Below are positions 11,201 to 18,299 of a DNA stretch of 26,432 nucleotides, one piece after another (within the stretch, counting starts at the first letter, position 1; every line of letters begins with the position of its first letter). The stretch is taken from assembly GCA_038064745.1 (NCBI GenBank), contig JBBTSL010000045.1:1291-27722 (forward strand), read 5' to 3'. Under the pieces are notes generated by a model. It saw nothing but the letters and a program-made list of their open reading frames with translations, made no database searches and was not told the DNA's origin. The position numbers were made by a program, and so were the translations under genes. Source of the stretch: Patescibacteria group bacterium. Lineage in GTDB: Bacteria > Patescibacteriota > Patescibacteriia > Magasanikbacterales > GWA2-37-8.

Positions 11201-11333
11201 GATAACTAATTTAAAACATGCAGATCCAGAAGCTAATACGAATCTTCTCGAGTCACAAGTGAATAGAATGGTATACGAATTGTATCGTTTATCCGATGAA
11301 GAGATTATGTTAATAGAAGGTAACCAAAATTAG
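8181..11333 (+). CDS. Eco57I/TaqI-like N6-adenine DNA methyltransferase with C-terminal target recognition domain (type IIG-like)
   Basis: FLNGGLF, IDPEMLGRIFENLL, GAFYTPREIV, LDPACGSGAF (SAM binding), GNPPYI (catalytic), TaqI_C-like KIVWIEL...F region; overlaps the helicase stop by 20 nt. Confidence 0.93.
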   Translation: MPEQTNNPNQLLRKIDDALRSLAEHHSFQETQAVINAVIALLGVTSESDGWRLFSDSAGKIRSNGHWFMPADGYADRRAVYEVAKGNNWKLDFKAYWVQNTNKSVIHWVTAITPNFEDAPWLASENVGIDFVIPEKADRVFVVLSKEHALRVIELRDHLSPTASEIFSKWTQSFDFSNKAQLHQILWDSFNFEAINKVFYKTISSFFTELKQHLLSKSKDLFDDHSAALFVNRLIGRIIFCWFIDKKGILNTEVNYFQTNGLTASEHYRTKLETLFFRILNTPVDERVSGLDIKTPFLNGGLFEAKTGDHEGDPRVSFPADYFDRLYEFLRRYNFTTDESSSTFQQVAIDPEMLGRIFENLLAEQIEETGEQARKAKGAFYTPREIVDYMCKESLREYLRSRVPETTDRDEQLAKLLDKKPHEFRDQQRNYRGDLKPYKHDILEALEELTVLDPACGSGAFPMGMLQLLLETYDRLESDYDPYKKKLTIIKNNIFGVDIEPMAVEIARLRAWLSIIVDEDVTDGRIEPLPNLDFKFVCANTLIPLDHSEGLYDTLNVDQLIEIRDEYFRARKYTRKQELREKFSLLIKGRGMNGMFASEREKQLKTYQPFNAENSALFFDSRVMFGMVDGFNIVIGNPPYISHDKFQLPEEVLNGYRSYQPFADLYCYFFELAILLTQKKHGVVSFITSNSYIKAEYGKGLRKLLSETSTLINLINIDQSQVFESATVNTAILISKSQLTDADVTIFNAPYDNKDTDFRKYIQTNSFSKKSSYFTESPWLLIGGKTADLIDKIRMSGKTLEKLKTKIRLGLATGANEAFVLSEEVKQRLIEQDPRNAEVIKPVLRGRDISRFSYRQKLYILLTKNGIDVPNDYPFVYEYLKSFGEAFMNRGAKGQHWTNLRACAFFDDFKKDKIVWIELTTKSKFAMCREEIYLLNSCYFMLTPDGYNSSALLGVLNSKLIQFYMDVVSQTSGMGTNRWINVVVKDFPVPDLSNTKEVIDLAQLVDEITNLKHADPEANTNLLESQVNRMVYELYRLSDEEIMLIEGNQN

Positions 11334-11359
11334 TTAATACGAAATAATATTCTTCTGAT

Positions 11360-12826
11360 GTGCTAACAAAATCTAACTTCATGCAATTCCTTCGCTGTAC
11401 GTGCGAGCTTTGGCTTGCAAAACAGCGACCGGATTTGTTTCCTCCCACCGATCCCGCGCTTCAGCGAATTTTCGACGAGGGAAACGTTGTTGATCGTTGG
11501 GCGCAGAAGTTGTTTCCAGACGCGGTGAACGTCGATGGATTCGGGATGCCTGCGGCGATCAATACCAAGAAAGCCATTGCGATTGGGGCGACGGCGTTGC
11601 TCCAGCCGACGTTCATGACGAGCAAGATTTCCTGCCGCTCTGACATTCTCACAAAGAATGCCGACGGCTCGTGGAGCATCTACGAAGTAAAAAGCTCAAC
11701 GGACGTAAAGGAAGAGCACGTCATAGATGTGGCGTTTCAGCGCATCTGCCTTGAGGAGTCCGGAATACGCGTCGCACAAACGTTTCTTGTTCACGTCAAC
11801 AATCAATACGTCAGACATGGTGAGATTAATCCTCGCGAGCTTTTTGCCATCAAAGACATTACGCACGAAGTAGAGACGGTCATGCCGATAGTAAAGAAAG
11901 AGATCCCTCGTGCGCTTTCGGTACTTGAGTGGGATAAGACACCGAGCCTTACGCACGTTTCTTCTTGTGTGAATCCTGCCGAGTGCGAATTCCTCATATG
12001 CTATTTCTCAGAGCTGAAAGACGATCACATCTATTCGATTGCAACCTCGCTTTCCAAGGAAAAGCTCACGGCATTCCTTGAGCGAGGACTTTTGAAGCCC
12101 GAGCAGATTCCCGCTGACATTATGGCTGAGTTGCCCGATATCAAACTTCCGGGAGTGCAAACCGAACCAACCCTTTCCGTCGACAAAGAAACGATAAAGT
12201 CTGAACTCGAAAGCCTCCAGTACCCGCTCTACTTTTTGGACTACGAAACATTCTTTCCCGCCGTACCAATTTTTGACGGCTACCGACCCTATCAGCAAAT
12301 GGTGTTCCAGTATTCTGTTCACGTTATACGCAAACCAAACGCGGAACCAGAGCATTATGAATACCTTACGGAGGAAATGATTGATCCTGCTCATGACATC
12401 GCCACCTCGCTCAAAAACCACATTGGGGATACAGGAAGCGTCATCGTTTGGAATGCTCGCTTTGAGGCATCACGCAACGCGGAAATCGGCGAGCATCTCC
12501 CGGAGTTTGCTGACTTCATGGCGAATATCAACGACCGCATGTACGATCTCATGATGGTTGTGAAGAAGGGCTATTACGTTGATTCCCGATTCGGTGGCAG
12601 TGCATCGATCAAGAAGGTATTGCCAGTCATGTGTCCCGAACTTTCCTATAACGATCTTGCGATTCACGAGGGCGGAACAGCGTCTGCAAGTTGGACAACG
12701 CTCACCGATCCCATGACCTCACCTGAAGCAAAGGAACTGCTCAAAAAGGATATGCTCGCGTATTGCGGACTCGATACCTACGCAATGATTGCGATCTATC
12801 GCGAATTTCTTGAATCGATTAAGTAA
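11360..12826 (+). CDS. DUF2779-domain protein (RecB/Cas4-like nuclease plus RNase H-like domain)
   Basis: TKSNF...C...LWL start, SDIL...IYEVKSST (D...ExK), YFLDYETF, VIVWNARFE, SIKKVLP...LSY, YCGLDT. GTG start. Confidence 0.85.
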   Translation: MLTKSNFMQFLRCTCELWLAKQRPDLFPPTDPALQRIFDEGNVVDRWAQKLFPDAVNVDGFGMPAAINTKKAIAIGATALLQPTFMTSKISCRSDILTKNADGSWSIYEVKSSTDVKEEHVIDVAFQRICLEESGIRVAQTFLVHVNNQYVRHGEINPRELFAIKDITHEVETVMPIVKKEIPRALSVLEWDKTPSLTHVSSCVNPAECEFLICYFSELKDDHIYSIATSLSKEKLTAFLERGLLKPEQIPADIMAELPDIKLPGVQTEPTLSVDKETIKSELESLQYPLYFLDYETFFPAVPIFDGYRPYQQMVFQYSVHVIRKPNAEPEHYEYLTEEMIDPAHDIATSLKNHIGDTGSVIVWNARFEASRNAEIGEHLPEFADFMANINDRMYDLMMVVKKGYYVDSRFGGSASIKKVLPVMCPELSYNDLAIHEGGTASASWTTLTDPMTSPEAKELLKKDMLAYCGLDTYAMIAIYREFLESIK

Positions 12827-12862
12827 CTAGCGATTTCCGGATGGATCAATGGCAGTAATTAT

Positions 12863-13807
12863 ATGTCGTACTTTAGCGAAGTAGCATCTGTTTTTAGTGA
12901 CGATTTTCCGTTGGTGACAACAAATGAGGAATTGGCTTTGCAAATAAACGCGAAAACTGATTGCGATTTATCATATGTTTCGTCAGGATGCATTGAGGAA
13001 AGAAAGAGAAAAATAGATGCACTCTGGCCTGCATTTAAGCCGTATGCTGATAAAGAATTTTTGAAAGGTATTCGGGTCAACTTTGATCAAAGGTGTTGGG
13101 AGATGTATTTGGCGAATATTTTTACCGATCACTTTGACATTTCATCAAGTGTAAAAAATCATGGTCCAGATTATGTTCTAGATGACAGGATCTGTGTTGA
13201 AGCGATTGCGTGTAAGCGAGGAGAAAGTCCGAACGGTGTTCCTGAACTTTACATAACAAACCCCACTGAAGATAAGCTTTTGTTTGTAGATACGATTCCA
13301 GAGGACAAAATGATTCTCAGGATCACCCATGCAATTCACGAGAAGTACGCGCAGTACAGTCGGTGGCTATCGAGTCTTACATCAGTAAACGAAAAGTCAC
13401 CATTGGTGATCGCGGTAAACACAGGCGGTTTGGGATTTCCTAGCCCTGGAGATTTACCGCTAGTTTTGAAACCTTTATTCGGAATCGGTCACAGACAGTT
13501 CCGAAAGGAAGCAGGACGTTTAGTAGATAGTGGATGGAGCGGTCGTCCCACTATCAGTAAAAATAATGGTACGCAGATCGATGCATGCTTCTTTGAAGAT
13601 CAAAAATACGCAGCCATAAGTGCCGTTTTGTTTTCAGAGACGCGAACCTTAGATCACTCATCGCATATCGGAGAGGATTGTATCGTGGTTCATAATCCGA
13701 ATGCGAAAAATCCAATTGATCAAAAGGTTTTCTCTTTTCTCGACCAATGGATTGAAGCAGGAGAAAGTATCGTACATCGACCAGCTGAAATTAATCAAAC
13801 TTTTTAG
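12863..13807 (+). CDS. hypothetical protein, restriction-endonuclease-like fold
   Basis: FDQRCWEMYL, GPDY...CVEAIA (PD...E), ISAVLFS...HNPNAKNP; 314 aa; 36 nt after DUF2779. Confidence 0.6.
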   Translation: MSYFSEVASVFSDDFPLVTTNEELALQINAKTDCDLSYVSSGCIEERKRKIDALWPAFKPYADKEFLKGIRVNFDQRCWEMYLANIFTDHFDISSSVKNHGPDYVLDDRICVEAIACKRGESPNGVPELYITNPTEDKLLFVDTIPEDKMILRITHAIHEKYAQYSRWLSSLTSVNEKSPLVIAVNTGGLGFPSPGDLPLVLKPLFGIGHRQFRKEAGRLVDSGWSGRPTISKNNGTQIDACFFEDQKYAAISAVLFSETRTLDHSSHIGEDCIVVHNPNAKNPIDQKVFSFLDQWIEAGESIVHRPAEINQTF

Positions 13808-14252
13808 GCAGTGAGATTCCACCTTGTACCTTCGGCATTGTTCCTACCATGAAGTGATTCAGTGTTGTCTTTATCGCTCGGTGGTTGCCGAGGATGACGA
13901 CGATATTTTTCTGATCGAGAAGCTTTGCGTCGATAATCATCTGCACGCGCTGATTTGAGGCGAGGAAAAATGGATTTGTCCGATCTATCGAGCCGAGTTC
14001 GCACATCTCCTCGCTATTCGGCACCGTGCACCACTGTAATTTTGTTTTGCTGAATATCGCTGCGTAGTTTAATCGGCGATTCGCGGACGTGATAAATGCG
14101 AGAAATCCGCCGTTGCAACGAAACAGTGTAGTCGTCACAACTGCCTCGGTCGGTACGTCGAGCACCTTCGCGATTTCGTCATATTCTCCCTCTGCCATGA
14201 CGGGTAAGTCGATCACGTCGAGGTCTATTTTGAGTTCGAGTTCGTTATTCAT
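13791..14252 (-). CDS. YbaK/ProX (tRNA-editing) fold protein, degenerate
   Basis: EIAKVLDVPTEAVVTTTLF...RRLNY...EEM..LG....NPF...QMIIDAKLL....VVILG matches YbaK spacing. ATG 14252 preferred over 14273. Confidence 0.6.
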   Translation of the reverse strand: MNNELELKIDLDVIDLPVMAEGEYDEIAKVLDVPTEAVVTTTLFRCNGGFLAFITSANRRLNYAAIFSKTKLQWCTVPNSEEMCELGSIDRTNPFFLASNQRVQMIIDAKLLDQKNIVVILGNHRAIKTTLNHFMVGTMPKVQGGISLPKKFD

Positions 14253-14359
14253 ACACGACAAGTAATGCCACATGGGTTGGGGTTGTCTAGTCTTAAAACC
14301 CTTGAAAAGCTCAATAAGTACAAGGATAAGGAAGGAAGAGAAGGAGTTGGTAACCAGAC

Positions 14360-14388
14360 TTCACTTTGGGTGGTTTGTAAGCTATACT
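14360..14388 (+). promoter_or_regulatory. putative sigma70 promoter
   Basis: TTCACT (14360-65), 17-nt spacer, TATACT (14383-88); predicted start near 14394-95 coincides with the first base of the long RNA stem. Confidence 0.45.
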
Positions 14389-14393
14389 TTCTC

Positions 14394-14532
14394 TGTCTAG
14401 GTTCGACCTCCTTACAGGGGCATGTTTTGCCTATCCGGATCGCACGCAATAAGCGGCATCCGGTTAAAACGACACTCGTACGATCCGTACGGGGGTCGGG
14501 CCTAGACACCACCGGGTGTCGCTTTTTGTTTT
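14394..14532 (+). ncRNA. candidate structured ncRNA or attenuator leader of unknown class
   Basis: 18 contiguous pairs 14394-14411:14491-14508 (3 G.U); internal hairpins 14418-32 and 14435-63; alternative hairpin 14470-98; terminator-like GACACC-ACCG-GGTGTC followed by a U-rich tract to 14532. Confidence 0.55.
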
Positions 14533-14570
14533 AGCAACATCGCGGGGTTCTAATCCCTAACCACCCGCGT

Positions 14571-15104
14571 ATGTCGCAAACGACAAATACTTCGGTGACG
14601 AAGAAGCAACCCATGAGTTGGATGAAGAAGTTCGTGATTGGTTTATCAATCTTTCTTGTCGGATCGCTAGGATTCCTCGTCATCATTACTCCAAAAGTAC
14701 CGGAACTCACCCCGGAACAGAAGACCGTAATCGAAGCGGAAAAGTTAGCAACGAACGCCCTACTTGATTCCTTCATCGTATCCACGAAGATCGAAAATAA
14801 TTCCATCGGCATTCCAGAGCTTCACATGGTGGTGAAGAACACTTCAGAGAAGACCATGGACGGTATCGAGATCACGGCAAGTTTTTACAACAACTTTGAC
14901 GAACCTGCTGGTGAATGGGGTGACCCGAACGATAACTCTCTCCTCGTAAGATCACAGGACGTGATTGCGCCGGGTGACTCGGAACCGATGTATTGGAACC
15001 TCACCGCCTTCAGTGGAGCGACGAAGGTTACGAAGGCGAAAGTAATTCGCGTGCATTACACGGACGGCACAGAAGTCACAAGGCAATACCCCTCAGAGGA
15101 TTGA
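14571..15104 (+). CDS. single-pass membrane protein with FxLYD/DUF3426-like Ig-fold domain
   Basis: N-terminal TM segment (FVIGLSIFLVGSLGFLVII), then VVKNTSEKTMDGIEITASFYN...IAPGDS pattern. Confidence 0.65.
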   Translation: MSQTTNTSVTKKQPMSWMKKFVIGLSIFLVGSLGFLVIITPKVPELTPEQKTVIEAEKLATNALLDSFIVSTKIENNSIGIPELHMVVKNTSEKTMDGIEITASFYNNFDEPAGEWGDPNDNSLLVRSQDVIAPGDSEPMYWNLTAFSGATKVTKAKVIRVHYTDGTEVTRQYPSED

Positions 15105-15126
15105 TCGATGAACAGCATCGCATCAT

Positions 15127-15666
15127 ATGCCAATCCTCGACTCAGTACCCATTCCAGAACGTAACATGCTTTTTCGACGGTGGTCTGGCGTGCCAATCAA
15201 TCACACGTTCGGAAATAAAGGTTTGATTGATATCGACGGCAAACCGATGTTCGCCGAGCTGGCTATCGCGGAAACCATGAAACGAGACGGCTATGAAACG
15301 CGATGGGTTGAGGTGTACGGACGAGGAAATAAAGAACCGATTTATCTCACGCAGTGGAAAGATGCGCCATACAAAGATCAGATAAACATGCCAATTCAGG
15401 AACGATGGATTACGGATACTTTGGCTGGTATTGCGAGGCTGAATAACAACTCATACAAAGGTTGTTGGGATGTTCTTGCGTGGAAGGACGGCAAACTATT
15501 ATTCGTCGAGTCGAAACGCAAAAAGCGCGATTCTGTGCGAGGATCACAGATCGCTTGGCTCGAGGCAGGTTTAAAATACGGGCTCACTCCTGACAACTTT
15601 CTAATCCTACAGTGGGACTTCGAGGACGCTCGACCCCGGCTATCACTTTCTCAATCTCACACTTGA
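15127..15666 (+). CDS. VRR-NUC domain nuclease
   Basis: GCWDVLAWKDGKLLFVESKRKKRDSVRGSQIAWL matches the VRR-NUC PD-(D/E)xK pattern. Confidence 0.8.
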   Translation: MPILDSVPIPERNMLFRRWSGVPINHTFGNKGLIDIDGKPMFAELAIAETMKRDGYETRWVEVYGRGNKEPIYLTQWKDAPYKDQINMPIQERWITDTLAGIARLNNNSYKGCWDVLAWKDGKLLFVESKRKKRDSVRGSQIAWLEAGLKYGLTPDNFLILQWDFEDARPRLSLSQSHT

Positions 15667-17094
15667 TCTGTTGAAGACCTTTTCAAACCCGTAGGTGACC
15701 GCAACCACGAAGGCATCCATCAGATCATCGTGCTTTTCGAATCCGAACCCAACAATCTGGGTGATAAGTTCCTTTGCACCTGTATTTGGGAAGAGAATAT
15801 TCCCATCACGGATTCTTGGAGAGATCAAGTTCAGTCGCGTACGCTTATCAACGTTTCCGACGCTGAATCCGTCAGCCTTGCATCCTGTCTTTTGGAGTGC
15901 TTCAATCAGGACTCGTTGATACGTAACGTCTTCCACCGCAATAATGACGTAATATTGCTCGTTGTATTCGTTATACAGATGTACGAGTGTGTCGATTTGT
16001 TCTGTGAATCCCATCCGTTTATTGATGATTGGATTCGTGACAAGGACCTGAGGTTTTTCACGATTACCCATAACAATTACCGGAACCATTGCCGTGTAGT
16101 CCGCCGTTTCCTTGTCTGATACCGCGAGGTCAACGCCAATAATCATGGCTGGTCTGTCCGATCTCGGAGCCACGTACAGTAATTCGTCCGGATATCGCTG
16201 TATCCAATCCAACTGAACGACTCGCTCAAGGTCGGAGACAATCTTGAGTAGATATTCCATCGACCACGCGACTTCATCAACGATCTTTTTTCTGAGTTCT
16301 TCGATGTCCTCCTGTGTTTTGTATTTTCCAGGCCATAACGGTTTTCCTTCCTTATCGAGGAGAGGATATTCCACCACTTTTCCTGTTCGTTCATTTTTCT
16401 CAATCTCTTCCTTGATCCGACTGATGAGCGAATCTTCGTGGAGCAAGTTTCCAACGACTACGATGTTCGTCTTTGTGTCGCCAACTGGAATGAGATCGCG
16501 GGTAAACCACTGGTAGGTTTTTTGACGTGACTCGCGCGTCTTTACCGATGCCAAATCTTCGATGTCGTCGCAGATAATGAGATCGGGACGATTCGCTCCG
16601 TGGCGCAATCCGCGTACGCTTTGGTCAAGTGATATGGCAGTTATCCTCGCGCCGAACTTCGGTATAACGAGTGATCCCGAATTCCACTCCTCATCGTGTT
16701 CAGTGAATGGTCCGAGATCGTCACGGAGCAAGGCATTATTTTCCATTTCACGCCGAATGTTTTGTAGATGGAACCGCGCCTGTGCTTGTGTTTGGCAAAC
16801 GATCAGCACGAACTTCTTTTGCTGTATTCCGAGGATCGACCACAGGGCGAGCGACATCGTGCAAATCGTGGACTTTGCTGAGCCACGGAACGCCAAAACG
16901 ACGAGCATTGCGTAATCCTGCTCGGTCAGGCTCAGGAGTTCTTTCTGGAATGGCGCGGTCTCGCAAGTGATGTATTCCGAGAAGTAGACGTGGAAGAAGT
17001 AGAAATGACTTTTTGCCGTCAGCCCCGTTCGGAATCTTCTGTCCGTTCGCACCCGCCCCATGATGTTATTCAGACTCTCCGTTTCCGTTTTCAT
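15643..17094 (-). CDS. terL: phage terminase large subunit
   Basis: Walker A AFRGSAKST, Walker B IICDDIED, nuclease acidic residues IGVDLA, AVED, HDDLMDA. ATG 17094 preferred; 17121 possible. Confidence 0.9.
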   Translation of the reverse strand: MKTETESLNNIMGRVRTDRRFRTGLTAKSHFYFFHVYFSEYITCETAPFQKELLSLTEQDYAMLVVLAFRGSAKSTICTMSLALWSILGIQQKKFVLIVCQTQAQARFHLQNIRREMENNALLRDDLGPFTEHDEEWNSGSLVIPKFGARITAISLDQSVRGLRHGANRPDLIICDDIEDLASVKTRESRQKTYQWFTRDLIPVGDTKTNIVVVGNLLHEDSLISRIKEEIEKNERTGKVVEYPLLDKEGKPLWPGKYKTQEDIEELRKKIVDEVAWSMEYLLKIVSDLERVVQLDWIQRYPDELLYVAPRSDRPAMIIGVDLAVSDKETADYTAMVPVIVMGNREKPQVLVTNPIINKRMGFTEQIDTLVHLYNEYNEQYYVIIAVEDVTYQRVLIEALQKTGCKADGFSVGNVDKRTRLNLISPRIRDGNILFPNTGAKELITQIVGFGFEKHDDLMDAFVVAVTYGFEKVFNRSSVRLRK

Positions 17095-17515
17095 AGGGAG
17101 CAATCTCACTTGAAATAACATTTCCGAGGGTCAGCGCACGACCAATCGCTTCTTCCTCTTCCTGCGTAAGCGGACGATCAACGCGAACGCTGGCGTTCAG
17201 GTCAACGCGCGTTCCGTAGGCGCGGTGGCGGTGCTTGAGCCAAAATGTAATCGCGCCGAGGTTGCCGTTTCGAATCATGCTGATCATGTGACTTTCCGCC
17301 ATGTCGCTCACGAGCGAATTGCCCTCGATGATCGCCTGTTGTGACTGCACATGGAAATCATCGTCGTCTTTGAGCCAGCGATAATATGTTGCGCGACCGA
17401 TACCGACCTTTTCGCATGCGACCTGCACAATAGGCGTACGTTTCAATTGTTCAACCATCTCGCCCTTCTTGTCGTCCTGGCGTTCGACGACCTTACTTGG
17501 TACTTGTTTTTTCAT
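17066..17515 (-). CDS. HTH protein, probable terminase small subunit
   Basis: IVQVACEKVGIGRATYYRW HTH followed by helices ending AITFWLKHR; overlaps the 5' end of terL. ATG 17515 (TTG 17527 possible). Confidence 0.75.
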   Translation of the reverse strand: MKKQVPSKVVERQDDKKGEMVEQLKRTPIVQVACEKVGIGRATYYRWLKDDDDFHVQSQQAIIEGNSLVSDMAESHMISMIRNGNLGAITFWLKHRHRAYGTRVDLNASVRVDRPLTQEEEEAIGRALTLGNVISSEIAPYENGNGESE

Positions 17516-18299
17516 ATGCGTTTTCAATCAGTTTTGCTTTGATTCCTGTTTTGTCCTCGAACCGTTTGATAATCGTTGCAATGTATTCGGGTTCGATCTC
17601 GATCCCAAAACACCGTCGTCGCGTATCTTCGCAAGCTATGAGCGTTGATCCGCTTCCAAGGAAGCCGTCATATACAACATCATGGATACTTGAACTATTC
17701 ATAATGAGTCGTCGCAAAAGTCCCGTCGGTTTGACCGTAGGGTGCATCTTGGAACTCGAGGGCTTCGGATAGATCAGGATCGTCTTGTCTTTGGATTTCA
17801 TGAACTTGTGCGTGCCATACCATCCGTATGCAATTAGCTCGTGCTGAGGGAGGTAGTCCATGCGACCAATGACCGCGTGCGACTTCGCCCAAATAAGAAG
17901 CTGGGTAAACTTGAACCCCGCATCGAGGATGCCTTCGCGCATGGCAAAGATCATCTTGTCCGAGTTGAAGATGTAGTACGCGTTCTTCGGTGTAAGATGA
18001 TGTTTAATCGGCTCAAGCCAATCCTTCGTAAACTTCCGATACTCTTCGTCGGACTGCGCGTGGTCGTTCAGAATAATCTTTTCTTTGCCTAGCTTCTGCT
18101 TGAACCCAGCCTTACTTTCCACATACGCGCACCCGTATGGGGGATCATTTACAAGTAGGCTGGCACGATCTTTTCCGAAGAGCTTATCTACGAGTTTTGT
18201 GTCTCGTGAATCCCCGTAGGCAAGCTTATGGTTTCCAAGGACAAAAATGTCCCCGAGGTTAATTGATGCGCTTTGCTTTTTGGTTGGTGAGTTTTTCAT
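17493..18299 (-). CDS. N4-C/N6-A DNA methyltransferase (beta class)
   Basis: NDPPYG precedes HPTVKP and YDGFLGSGST (motif order IV then I). Confidence 0.92.
   Translation of the reverse strand: MKNSPTKKQSASINLGDIFVLGNHKLAYGDSRDTKLVDKLFGKDRASLLVNDPPYGCAYVESKAGFKQKLGKEKIILNDHAQSDEEYRKFTKDWLEPIKHHLTPKNAYYIFNSDKMIFAMREGILDAGFKFTQLLIWAKSHAVIGRMDYLPQHELIAYGWYGTHKFMKSKDKTILIYPKPSSSKMHPTVKPTGLLRRLIMNSSSIHDVVYDGFLGSGSTLIACEDTRRRCFGIEIEPEYIATIIKRFEDKTGIKAKLIENAYEKTSTK

Noticed and set aside
11360-12826. CRISPR-Cas locus suggested by the Cas4-like domain
   Set aside because: No repeat-spacer array or other cas genes seen in the window.
4730-13807. Complete DISARM or BREX system
   Set aside because: No DrmA/DrmB (DUF1998), PglZ, BrxC or BrxL recognisable.
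14394-14532. Retron msr-msd or 6S/SRP RNA
   Set aside because: No reverse transcriptase in the window; no SRP helix-8 motif or 6S-like rod with a central bubble recognised.
14249-14534. ORFs 14265..14534 (+) and 14249..14512 (-)
   Set aside because: They overlap the promoter and structured RNA and have no protein-like features; a 27-codon internal ORF is not hydrophobic, so a type I toxin is unlikely.
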